64,000 nt of DNA from Mytilus edulis (Eukaryota): the NCBI RefSeq assembly GCF_963676685.1, contig NC_092348.1, positions 95,728,001 through 95,792,000 of the forward strand, given 5' to 3'. The notes below the pieces were generated by a model. The model saw only the letters and a list, made by a program, of their open reading frames with translations. It had not been told where the DNA came from and made no database searches. Of this stretch, positions 38,401 to 51,300 are shown one piece after another; within the stretch, counting starts at the first letter, position 1; each line of letters begins with the position of its first letter. The translations under genes and the position numbers were made by a program.

Positions 38401-41400
38401 ACCCATGGTTGCCATGGATGCACTTTGTGCAGATGTACCTGCAGGGTATCACTATGTACCCGCTATGATTCCTATCAGTCCTTCATCAATGTCATACAAA
38501 ATGTTACTTGATAGTCTCCCTTTCCAGTTTCACACGAAGAAGTCCAGCAAGAAACGAGAAGAAGAAATGGTGCGTGAAGATGATGTGGAACGGAGAATGA
38601 GTGTTAGACAAAGTGAATGTGCCTACCGATATAAAGAGATTGTTGTGAAGAAGTGTAACCGATATACACAGATCTGGTTAAATACACATTCAAAGTTAAA
38701 AAATTGTCTTAATCCTCAGGTAAATATATTTCTTTAAATTGGTATAAGAGGAGTTTGGTGGTAGATGAAGATATTTTTTATTCTTAATAGCTCTCATCAT
38801 TTCTTTCCACATACTAAATCTTTTTCTTACGGAATAGAATTTGTTAATTTTTCCCGCATTTCTGAATAAATGTCAATGTATTACATCATAATGTTGTATT
38901 AGTTATGTATTGTTGCTTTTATTTAATACCATCAATAATACATAATTTTTCATCTGTATTATATTGATGTAGACTTTGAAATTGACCGCATATGTTGCCA
39001 GCAATCTAATACGCATATGTTATATAAAAATAAGGAGATGGGATATGGTTTCCAATGAGATAACTACCCACCAAAGTTCAAATGAAGGTGATGTGAGCAG
39101 TTGTAGGCAGTCATACAGCCTTTATGTATGAATGTCTTGTTCTATGTTTTAGGTAATACAAGAAGTAGTGTCAGCTTTGAACTCAGCGAAGTATGACGAT
39201 AGTAATCTAGTCATGTTCAGTGGTCTAGGGAATGTGTTCTGCAGTGGTATCGATCTCACTTACTTGATCTCAAATTCAATGGATAGGAAAATGGCAGCAA
39301 GAAAAATGGTGGATGCTCTCAGGTAAACATAATCATAGCCACATATGAATAAAAAGGATGTGCCTCACCCTGTATTATTTGTCTCTGTTTATTGTCCTTT
39401 CACTTTACTAATTTACTTGAACGTTTAATCAAACTAAATATAAACTCATCTCTACAAACTGAGCAATTGGTAAAATATTTCATTTCATTGATTAAGTGAA
39501 AGGTAATCATTATGAAGTAGATGCAGTGAAATAAAAGGTATTCTTAATCTTAGCACATAATTTCGAAGTTTGTCTGAAGATTGTGCAGAGTTATGGTCCT
39601 TGGACTTAACTGAAGTCACTTAAATAATCAGTTTTTAACTATTCTTTCGTCATGCTTGAAGATATTGACTTGATATTTGATATATAGTTGACACCATGAC
39701 AAGTTGTAGATCAAGTTAAAATTTTGTTCCAAAACAGTGAATTTTTAACCAGTAGGGACTATGTATTGCCATGCAATACTCACAGTATGCTTGTTACTAA
39801 AATGTATTAGTTATTTGCCTAAAATTTTCTTTTAGGGATTTTATGAAAGCTCTCATCACATTTCCCAAACCTTTGATAGCTGTAGTGACGGGATCTGCTA
39901 TAGGTCTTGGGATGACCATGCTCCCGCTATGTGACATAGTCTACGCCAGCGATAAAGCTTCATTCCATTTACCATACTCGCAGCTGTCACAAACACCAGA
40001 AGGATGTGCGTCATTTCTCTTACCTACCACAGTTGGAATGGCCATGGTTAGTATTGTTTACAGTTACATACAAGAAGATACTTTATAAAAACTGAATGTT
40101 GTTACAGAAAAAATTTAACTAATAATTGGTGTTTATCAGTATTCACTGATGTTCCAATAAAATATGTACCATACTGAGAGGAGGCACTTTTAAATTGTTG
40201 CAATAATCGCTCAATCACAATTTCAAAATTTTTATTTTCTTCTGTTTGTGTTTTTTTATGAACTGCATCTTTAGAAAATATGCATGATTGATGTGTATCA
40301 AAAGTGTTTAAATTTGACGTTCTTGATATCTTGAATGTAATGCTAAAATATTCCCATTATTATAGGCTAATGAATTACTGATTGGAGGACGGAAGATCAC
40401 AGCTATTGAGGCGTGTCAACTTGGTCTGGTATCACAGGTGTTCTGGCCTACCAGTATCATGCAAGAAGTCATACCTAGAATAGAAAACATGGCCCTACAG
40501 TCAGGCAAGGTAAACAAAATATGTGCTTCTTTAGGGAGGGTCAACTGTGTAGGTGAAAACACTGTTTTTACACATGATAAGCTGAATAACAACTCATATA
40601 TAAATTTTAAAAAAATACTATGGAAAATTGCTCAAGTATGCCACCAATTTGAACTATTTTGGAATATTATAGGAAAATCAAATATAAAGTTTTTGAATTG
40701 AAAAAATACTGAAAAATGGAAATTTTTATTTTCCAGTTGCATACATTTATCTAAGCTTTTAGAATATAATAAAACCCAATTTAAGTTAAAAGAAATAGTA
40801 TTGTTTTGCTGTACATAACTACCACTTTTCTAAAAAAAAAAAAAAAGTATTTATTTTTATTGAAAAATCTTAATTTTTCATTTGTCACAATAAACAACCA
40901 TGGTTTTGAGAGTTATTTCCCCTTCCAAACATACTTCTTTAGATCAGAAAAATAATTCCTGTCTCATTTCATTGTATCAGTGTAGAAAAAGAAGAAGATT
41001 GAACATGTTATGCAATATTGACAAATCTGATGTATAAGAAAGAAATAAATGTTTGTCTTTTCAAAACAAATCAACGAGTTAAAAATCATCAATTACATTT
41101 TAAAAACACTAACCATAGAAAAAGCCACTTCAGAGCATCATTCTGGTGGCAGACTCTGTACTAAGGAGAAATCTCAATCTTTAGTACTTGATGTAATTGA
41201 TGATTTTTAAATCGTTGATTTATAGCAGATCATTGATATGGACTTATAATACAATCTTTCTTTTCAGGCTTTAGAGACAACCAAACTATTGATTCGAAGT
41301 CACCAGAGAACAAAAATAGAACTAACCAATGAATCGGAGTGTAATCTGTTATTGGAGAGATGGCCATCAACAGAATGTCAGAAGGCAATAGAGAATTATC

Positions 41401-41429
41401 TTAACAATGATAACAACTTCTGTATATGA
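32454..41429 (+). CDS. CDYL: Chromodomain Y-like protein (chromodomain, long Lys/Ser-rich linker, crotonase-like domain), 7 exons, 923 aa
   Basis: Exons 32454-32477 (MAENEVYE), 35822-37490, 38328-38719, 39153-39322, 39836-40046, 40366-40509, 41268-41429 (2772 nt), all phase-consistent. Chromodomain YEVENI...FFVKWKNF...NTWEP. CDY-family segment VRQSECAYRYKEIVVKK. Crotonase motifs FCSGIDL, FPKPLIAVV, QTPEGC. Confidence 0.9.
33570..35562. mobile_element. Transposon fragment in CDYL intron 1 with subterminal aactagt..aaaagttcc arrays, ending TGTTACA
   Basis: Higher GC than the flanks. Many direct and inverted aaagttcc/ggaacttt motifs in 34895-35550. Only one terminus is recognisable. Confidence 0.4.
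37459..37860 (+). repeat. 36-bp tandem repeat (about 11 copies) across the CDYL exon 2 / intron 2 junction
   Basis: Unit gtaaaacctcaccctggagtctcaaaatcaggtaca (VKPHPGVSKSGT). Confidence 0.92.
41068..41221. mobile_element. MITE-like inverted repeat in the last CDYL intron
   Basis: aaatcaacgagttaaaaatcatcaattacat ... atgtaattgatgatttttaaatcgttgattt. Confidence 0.65.
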
Positions 41430-43704
41430 AGATTCTTGTGTTTAGTATCATATTCAATTGTACATGTATTAAGAAGTTGTGTAACAATTTACAGAAAAGG
41501 GGAGGCCATCATCATATTGATTATATTGATGGATTATGTCCCTTCTCTTAGGAATTCAATCTGACAAAAGCTATGGAATAGCTGTCTACGATAAAAGTCC
41601 TTGTCTCATCTTTACTGCTTTCACTGCATAATGAAGTTACCATGCATTTGTCTAACATGTTCCTATAACTTCTGGAAGTTTGAGTTGACTTTTATTGTAA
41701 ATAAGAACAATGCAATGAACAATTAAGTTCTGTATTTGTACATATCATTTAACACCCTTTTTTTATCAAACAGGTTCAAATGAACTTTTCTGTATATACA
41801 TGTTTTTTTTAATTCTTATTCCAGAAAAACAAATTCCTGATCAAATTTTCTTCAATCATTTAAAGTTATTTCAATAATTATTTTCCTTCTATAATGTAAG
41901 AATTGTTCAGAAATATCTAGTCTGAAGTGAATGGCTGAAATGCTTTGATGAAGAATAAAAGCAGAGTTGTGTTTATTATAATGAGTTTTTTTGGGTTTGT
42001 GTATAGAATATAAATGATGTTTACAGTCATGAAATATTTCTTTTTATATATGAAATTGTGTTCATTACATGAACCTATAAGTTCATACAGAAGCTCATTT
42101 GTTGACCTACATTTGCATTTATAAGAATTGTTGACTTTCATATAGAATTTAAAAAAAAACTAATCTAACTCTTAAAAGATAAACCAGCTAAGATTGGAAT
42201 TGATAACAATTTAAGGCCCATGATGAATAAAGCACTACATTCCCACTAAATATTTTTCTGAAATTTCCTTTGACCTCTTAATGATTGAAATGAGATGTTT
42301 GATATATGGCAATGAGGCGGCAACACAACAATATAATGCAGCAAAAATCATATAAAGGACATATCTGTTTCTGTAAAGGAAATAAATATTTCACTGTTGA
42401 AAATATGAGATGATAAATTAAATACCTTAAAACCAAGATGTCGTAGGATTGTTTTAGCTTTATATGTTGATCATAAAATCATTTTTGTAATATTTTTGTC
42501 TCACACTTAAAAAGTAATAGACCTCCAATTCAGTATTGTATAGATAAGTGTAAATTTGTTATATTCCCCAATAATAGGGTATGGTATTTCTTTTGTCCTA
42601 TTTTTTCACACTGCCAAAATTGAATTTAAGTTATTGTTAAAAATGAAATTTGTTGTAATTAATTAACATTATTTGTTATTCTGCACTATGAATAGAAAAA
42701 GTGTTTGTAAATATAGAATGTCAAAAAAGGTAGTGATTTAAATAGGTTGACTTTAAACTGCCATTGTTTAGTATAGTAATAGTTCCTATAATTACACTAG
42801 TTACTTGTACTACACTGTGTCAGTGTATTCAGTTTTTTTAAATTTGTTTAAGTAAACTAGTCATTCTGGGCATTTTGTTTTATTTTTAATCATGTTTTGC
42901 AAACTTTCCTTTATTAGTTATCAGAGAGTTTTTCACAGCAAATTCTACACACCAAAGCACTGAACTTTTCAGGTTTCTTAAATACAAACTACCACCACCA
43001 GAAGTGTTCTTAAATTTTCCAGAATCTTGCAATAATTGCAGGTGTAAAATGAATAAAATAACTGTATGAATGAGTAGGAACAGGGTACCACAACAAAAGA
43101 TGAGATTCATGTCATTATGTGTATACTTTCATTCAAGTCATAATAAACAAAATCAGAAATTTATGCATCAGATTTTAAAATTTATTTGTCAATATTATTT
43201 TGATTTAAAGTTTAGTTATAAGACAAACAGTACCGATTCATTTTTATAGATTTTTTTCTTTGATTTGATACAATTATTAGAAATTTGTGTTTACTGTAGA
43301 CATTTTAATTTTTATTGAGATTGCCCCCACATATTTTTCAGATGTATGACATACCGGTACATTCAGTGTTGTCATCTGTAAAATAAAATGTCCTTGTTTG
43401 GTGCACTGATATCTAACTTGTTGAATAAAATGATTCTTCCGTTCTGGCTTATTATATAAGGAAAAGACTGTAGCCTATGTCATAGTAGACACATTAGCAC
43501 ATCTGACATTATTTTCCGATTCTCAGTTTATTTTTAAGATTCCTCCATAAGTGTTCATTGTAAGTATTTCACTTGTCAGTCATCTTTATTTATTGTCATA
43601 ATGTGTAGTTTTAGTTATTTATGGATCTGTGTATTGTATTTTTTCCTTATTTAATCTGTAATAAAATGGAAAACATAACTCAGTTGGTTAACTACTGTCA
43701 ATAG

Positions 43705-44100
43705 ATATAAGAAGATGTGGTATAAGTGCCAATGAGACAGCTCTCCATCCAAGCCACAATTTGTTAAAGTAAACCATTATAGGTCAAAGTTCGGTCTTTA
43801 ACACAGAGCATTTGCTCACACCAAACAGCAAGCTATAAAGGACCAAAAATGACTAATTTAAAACCATTCAAACAGGAAAACCAACGGTATAATCTATATA
43901 AAAAAACAAGAAACACTTATGAACCACATCAAAAACCACTTTCAATGAATATCAGGTTCCTGACTTAGGACATGTGCAAACAAATGCAGCTTGTTTGAAT
44001 GTTTTAATAGGTACCAACCTTCACCCTCACCTGAAACAAAAGTGTAACAGCACCACATAAAAAGACACACTATAAAATATCAATTGAAATAGCTCAATCA
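43705..44100 (+). mobile_element. SINE-like repeat copy related to 322-757
   Basis: aagaagatgtggtataagtgccaatgagacag...caggttcctgacttaggaca... aligns by eye with 322-757. Confidence 0.65.
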
Positions 44101-44695
44101 AAAGACATATAAACATAAATAATTGAACTTACACTGAACCGAATCTTATATTCTCTAAACTTGTATGACTGTCTGATATGCCAAATAATGTTTTTGTTCT
44201 GTCCAAAGGCTTTCACATGGTGTTTAAGCAGATGTCTGGTATGAATTATCCTCATTTATTATTTTAGAGACCTTCTTGCTAAATAGATATGTATATATGT
44301 ATGTTGGATGAAAGAATATGACATGTTTAACACAGCTGCCTCAGTATCTGTGAATTAACAGAGATATTTAAAGGGAATTAGCATGCAGTTGTTAATATAA
44401 ATTGCATATTAAGGACAATATTCAATATGAAGATTCCTTAACTTGTATGAAACCAACATTCTAAGCTTGGTTTTTTATGAGATAGGTCACAGTTCAAAGA
44501 AAGAAGTCACTGTATTCAGTTATTTTTTTCTGATTTTAAGCTCATGAGAAAGATGTTTCTTGTAAAAGTCACATTTATAACAGAAGAATAGATCCAACAA
44601 TTGTTGCATTGCTCCATTCTGAACCTTAAAATCTTTAATTGGTGTAAAAGAAAATAGTAGTATTGTCTTCTAGATTTCAACTAAATATTCGTAAT

Positions 44696-46535
44696 AATCC
44701 GACCGATGATTCATTGTGATGATCCGACCATTGTTTCATTGTGATGATCCGACCATTGTTTTACTGTGATGATCTGACCATTGTTTCATTGTGATGATCC
44801 GACCATTTTTTCATTGTGATGATCCGACCATTGTTTCACTGTGATGATCCGACCATTGTCTCATTGTAATGATCCGATCATTGTTTCATTTTGATGATCC
44901 ATCCATTGGTTCATTGTGATGAGCCGATCATGGTTTCATTGTGATGACCCGACCATTGTTTCATTATGACGATATAACCATTATTTCATTGTGATGATCC
45001 GACCATTGTTTCATTGTGATGATCCAATCATTGTTTCATTGTGATGATCCGATCATTGTTTCATTGTTATGATCAGATCATTGTTTCATTTTGATAATCC
45101 ATCTATTGTTTCATTGTGATGATCCATCCATTGTTTCATTGTGATGATCCATCCATTGTTTCATTGTAATGATCCAATCATTGTTTCATTGTGATGATCC
45201 GACCATTGTTTCATTGTGACGATCTAATCATTTTATTATTGTGGTGATCTGACTATTGTTTCATTGTGACAATCTAACCATTGTGTCATTGTGATGATCC
45301 GACTATTGTTTCTTTGTGGTGATCCGATCATTGTCTCGTTGTGATGATTCGACCACTGTTTCATTGTGATGATCCGATCATTGTTTCATTGTTATGATCA
45401 GATCATTGTTTCATTTTGATAATCCATCTATTGTTTCATTGTGATGATCCATCCATTGTTTCATTGTGATGATCCATCTATTGTTTCATTGTGATGATCC
45501 ATCCATTGTTTCATTGTAATGATCCTTGTAATGATCCGATCATTGTTTCATTGTGATGATCCGACCATTGTTTCATTGTGATGATCCAATCATTGTTTCA
45601 TTGTGATGATCCGATCATTGTTTCATTGTTATGATCAGATCATTGTTTCATTTTGATAATCCATCTATTGTTTCATTGTGATGATCCATCCATTGTTTCA
45701 TTGTGATTATCCGTCCATTGTTTCATTGTGATGATCCGATCATTGTCTCGTTGTGATGATTCGACCATTGTTTCATTGTGATGATCCGATCATTGTTTCA
45801 TTGTTATGATCAGATCATTGTTTCATTTTGATAATCCATCTATTGTTTCATTGTGATGATCCATCCATTGTTTCATTGTGATGATTCGATCATATTCATT
45901 GTGATGATTCGATCATATTCATTGTGATGATTCGGTCATATTCATTGTGATGATCCGATCATTGTTTCATTGTGATGATCCGACCATTGTTTCATTGTGA
46001 TGATCCGACCATTGTTTCACTGTGATGATCCGACCATTGTTTCATTGTGATGATCCGACCATTGTCTCATTGTGATTATTCTACCATTGTCTCATTGTGA
46101 TGATCCGACCATTGTCTCATTGTGATTATTCTACCATTGTCTCATTGTGATGATCCGACCATTGTCTCATTGTAATGATCCGATCATTGTATATTGTGAT
46201 GATCCATCTATTGTTTCATTCTAACCATTGTTTCATTATGATGATCCAACCATTGTTTCATTGTGACAATCTAACCATTGTTCATTGTGACGATCTAATC
46301 ATTTTATAATTGTGATGATCTGACCACTGTTTCATTGTGACAATATAACCATTGTTTCATTGTGTTGATTCAACCATTGTTTCAATGTGATGATCCGACC
46401 ATTGTCTCATTGTGACGATCTAACCATTGTTTCATTTTGACGATCTAACCATTGTTTCATTTTGACGATCTAACCATTGTTTCATTATGATGATTCAACC
46501 ATTGTTTCATTTTGATGATCTTACCACTGTCCCAT
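44696..46535. repeat. 25-bp satellite, about 70 copies
   Basis: Unit ccattgtttcattgtgatgatccga, with recurring variant blocks. Confidence 0.95.
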
Positions 46536-47036
46536 TGCGAAATAAAATGACTTTTTAAAGTTCAACAGGTCAGAGGACCAAGACTACAGCATAGACTGTG
46601 GACTTGTATAATCGTACAGCAACTTTAATCGTCTGTTTGATATATTGCCGTTTTCATTACATTGATGCAAATTAGCCGAACAGTTATATTGTACAGCTTC
46701 ATGTGTGTTGTTTGAGGACTTTTGGTCATCATTATTTATGTGTTACTTGTATGATTTCATATCTATATGTTTTGGTATTCAGGGAATTATGTGTTGAAAG
46801 CAGGTGTTTAATCTTTTCTCATTGTTTTAGATTCGGTTTGATTTAAATAATTACAGCTAAGATCTCTGTTTAGTGGAATTCTTGCATATAAGAGTATCTC
46901 GCTCTAAAATCATTTGGAAAGACAAGTCCGAACTTATAAAAAACTTTTATTGATGTAAAGTGAATATTTGAATTTTTGGTCCTCTATGCTCTCCAACTTC
47001 GTACTTTATTTGTTTTTTTACATTTTTTTATTAGAG

Positions 47037-47078
47037 CGTCAGTGATGAGTATTTTGTAGACGAAACGCGCGTCTGGCG
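47037..47078 (+). ncRNA. Degenerate minimal type-I hammerhead ribozyme within a short dispersed repeat (retrozyme or Penelope-like fragment, about 46975-47115)
   Basis: CGTCA-GTGATGA-GTAT-TTTGT-AGAC-GAAA-CGCGCG-TC-TGGCG. Stem I CGUCA/UGGCG, palindromic stem III, GUC site. The core has G for C3 and stem II has one mismatch. Confidence 0.6.
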
Positions 47079-47597
47079 AAAAAAAAAAAATCCTGGTATC
47101 TATGATGAGTTTATTTGGTATTGTATTCCAGATTAAAACTATTTCATTTTAGTTCCTGGTATCCATATATATATGAAGACAATTTCATTATTTTTGAGTT
47201 TTGTTAACCCTTTCATGTTAATAATACATGACACTTAATATTTTTACTGTAAATGCAATGCATTTGGATTTATCTCGAAGTTAAATCCATGTTTTTAAAC
47301 GACACATACAATGTAAAACAATGCCTTTATTTTTGTTTACTGTCCGTGAAAGTTTTCTTTTGACTTGGAATAATTTAAACACATTGACATACAGAAATAT
47401 ATCATCATTTTAATTACCCCAATTCAAGGTAAGTGTTATTGGCACTACATGCACTAAGCTATAGAAAACGTTTGGTTTGCTAAATCAAGTTTCGTTTTGG
47501 TGCTTGTTAGTCATATTCTGTTTGGATGTTTAATTTTGTTCCGATATTTGTTCTGACATGATATTGGTTAGTAAAAGAAACGAGTATTTTATAGTTA

Positions 47598-48180
47598 TAT
47601 CAGTAGAAGACACGTGTATTATTTAGGACAGATGTCAGTAGAAGACATATGTTTTATTCTGAACTGAAGTAGTATAATTTAGTGATAATGTTAGTAAAAG
47701 ACACATGCATGATAGTGATGAGGTGATTAGCAGAGACTATTATAACATAGTGCCGAGGTCAGTATTTAACACATACATGTATTGAAAATGCTAATGTCAG
47801 TATAATATTAAGGCACGTGTACTATGAAGTGCTGCTAAAGACATGTAATACATATTGCTGCAGTCAGTAAAAGACGCATGTATTACATAGTGTTGAGGTC
47901 AGTAGAAAACACATGTATTACATAGTGCTGAGGTCAGCAGAAAACAGATGTTTTACTTAGTGTTGATGTCAGTAGAAGACACGTGTTTTATATAGTGCTG
48001 AGGTCAATAGAAAATGGTAATACTGTTAGTAGAATGTGTTTTATTTTACATAGTGTTGTAATCAGTAGAAGATACTTGTAACTACCTAGTCCTGAGATCA
48101 GTAAAAATAACCTGTATTTGATAGTGATTTATTCAATACAATACACCGTTACTACATATTGCGAGGTCAGTGGAAGACAT
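47598..48180. repeat. Degenerate tandem repeat of about 35 bp
   Basis: Recurrent gaggtcagtagaagacacatgtattacatagtg variants. Confidence 0.7.
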
Positions 48181-48333
48181 GTCTACTAGTATAATAATTA
48201 CATGTTCTGTAAAGTATTAATTTAGAATCGGTAAGATACTATTGAGATGTTTTGTAAAGCATGCACTGAATTAATATAATATAAAAAAGAAGATGTGCAT
48301 GGTGGTTTTGACAATTTTTATGCCTTTTTCAGC

Positions 48334-51300
48334 ATGGGAAACTGTGCAAAAGCATGTGGGAAACGTACGTATACATTATACATATACGAATGCTAACGGT
48401 TTTAAGTTGATATTTTGGTTCGAGAGTCATTTTTCTAATAATAATCACCTTGAGTCAAAGCTTTAATGATAATTGAACATATGAGGAACTCTTTTTATAA
48501 AATATATGTTGGTTTTAAAGAATTCACACTGTTTTAATCTTTCATTTACTAATTGAACGATGTAAGATAAAAAGGACTTTTTTTCATTTAATTAATATTC
48601 TAGACGGGATATGCCTAAAGAAACGTCCGAAAATAAAACGTACAATGCCAAGGATTGGGACACTGAGGCCAGTTGTACAACCATCGAATGACCGACGGGT
48701 CGGTTGGAGAGAAAATCTAGTTGATGAAGATGACCGATTAGAATCAAAACTTCGACAAGGAACCCAACAGGTAATAAATTAATGTAATAGTGCGATAATA
48801 TTTCCAAAATCCGTATAGCAAAACATAAATATAAGCAAGATTCTCATTCGCCATGCATTAGCAGGCATTGCATGTATAAACCTAAAATTTTCACATTATA
48901 TCTTCAGTAATGTCTCGTTTGCATTTTCATTTGAACTCTAATTTTAGTTAAATACAGACGAAGAACTCCCACCAAGGGATATTGTGGACAACCGAAGAAA
49001 GAAGAAGAAAAAACGAAGAAAGAAAGGTAAATTGGTACTCAGAACTCAATGAACAATAAAAATTAATATTATTATTAAGTTGTTTATGGTAAATATCCGA
49101 TTTAATTTAAACAGTTAACTGTTTAAAGAACCATATGAAGACAATAATGAATTAAGACCAATAGATAAATACTTGTATATTGAATAAAATCAAATAAACC
49201 AAATCCAGGCATATGCTTTTTTGAGTCTGCATTATTGAGATAATTTCACTCCTTGCTCTGAATTTCGTAGTTACAGTAGGTTTTATATCGTTTTTCTCAC
49301 ATCTTCTTTTGAATAATAATCCAATTACTTTATTTACAGACCAAGTTTCAGATGAAAATCGACCATTAGAAATAGAGTCATCACAGGTATGTATATGCAC
49401 TCCCTTTTTATTATGGTATTTCAGTATAGTTGATGCAATGTCCTGCGGGAAACTAAATATTAAGATTTCTGTATGATGTATACTTGAAAATTGTGTCTTA
49501 TATGATATTTCGACTTAAAGTTTTATGTATTAGTGATGATTTTTGTTGAATTATAATATCTGCTAAAGATAATGCTGAACGAAAAATTTTGATAAAACTT
49601 TGCAGATTTTGAATTTGTGTAAAATTGTGAATTGAAGAACACTCTCAACCCAAATGTAAATATTCCTCGCGCCTTAGCCTCGGTTAATATTAATAAACTC
49701 TCGGGCCAAAATCCTTGTTTCAACTGACCAAAATCAATATTGAATTTAAATACTTAAAACAAATAGGTGAAAACTAAAACTACAACCATTTTCCCAACAA
49801 AGTTTTAATTCAGCAACCGTTTTCGGTTAAAAAATCTACACATTTGATGTCCGCCATGCACATATGGTATATAAATAAAATTCGTTTATATTATTAGGAT
49901 TATAATGATTGTGACAATAGACAGAACCAGAAACCAAGAATCGGTAAGTGATGATATTGGAAAATAACTGCCACTCTATCAAACTAGGCCTAGAGAGGAA
50001 TTTAAGGACATAAGGTTGTCCTCTATTGAACACACTGAATCGTACCGTATATATATGTGTGCTTTACTAAATAGTCTAAGATTGCATTGCATTTTATTCT
50101 GAAATGCTTTTATATCAAGGTTTAACTACATATAAAAAAAACTGTCAACGAATGTTAAGATAAGATGAATCCTGTCAGAGTGAGACGAACACATTACAAA
50201 AATTCTAGACAACTTAGTATATATACACTTGACCATCGGATTAGCCCGCTTTTGTCTAGCATTCTTTTACATTCGTCGCAGACAATAACTACCACACTGA
50301 GAGGACCTTCAATGATGTGCAAATATGGCTCAGTGAAATATATGTTGAAAATGATAGGTCGTGAAAGGTTTTAATCACGGTTCCGCATGTTTGAAAAGTA
50401 CCGTTATTTCAACATTGTTTTTGTATAAAAAAATGTTAGAAAAAAAATCAGTTGATTTTCTTGAATGTATTATATCTCCTTTAATCGGCTACAGATTACA
50501 GTTATCTTAAGGATGCAAACGATTCTACAACAAAAAAGCAGATCAAATAATTATTATCAGGGATATTGTTTAATTTTGTATGTTATATTCATTTAATCGA
50601 CTTATGGTCAAAACTTTTAATATATTTTAGATATTTTAGGGAAAAGACATTCAGTTTCACCTCATTACAATAAAGATAAAACCGTGACAAACTTGTTATT
50701 TCAACCAGTGGGATCAGACGTAAGTAATTTTCTCATTGGTTCCCAAAACGTTTAATAGCACAACATACTTAATGAAGAGAGAACTTGAAAGTTAAGGACT
50801 CCGAGGTTAAAGTGTGATCTACCCTTGAAAGTTAATGACTCCGAGGTTAAAGTCTGATCTACCAGATTAAAAATGGTTTAATAGCATGTATACTGTACAT
50901 CTTTAGGCATACATGTGTATAGTAGAATTTTCTAGGAAATATGTTTGAAGCATTTTATACTTCTAGATTGATGATCAGAATGTCCATCATCGGAAAAGGA
51001 AGAGAAAAAAGAAACACCAACAGAAGGAGAAAGCTGGTAATTTCAATTGTAAAATTTCTTAGTTTTTTTTGGTGCTATAATATCTAATTTTTCAATCTAA
51101 ATGGTTCAAAACATTATACCTAATTATTGCTTCTAATTTCTGTCATTTAGGCTAATATGGATATACAAATGTGCAGACACGAGCAGTTAAACGTATGGTG
51201 TAACATCCAACGCCTTCGAGCCTGCATGTTATGAGAGTACCACACTATCTTGTCGTTGAAACCCCATACAGCATCTCTTTGAGGGTGGTCTATCCCAAGG

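Noticed and set aside
44696-46535. CRISPR-like appearance of regular short repeats (also 19919-20163, 26730-27344, 63615-64000)
   Set aside because: Units are contiguous with no unique spacers, there are no cas genes, and the context is eukaryotic.
48958-49026. Alternative acceptor at 48957 for exon 3 of the orphan gene
   Set aside because: It shifts the frame and causes a stop in the next exon; the acceptor at 48947 keeps the frame open to 51753.
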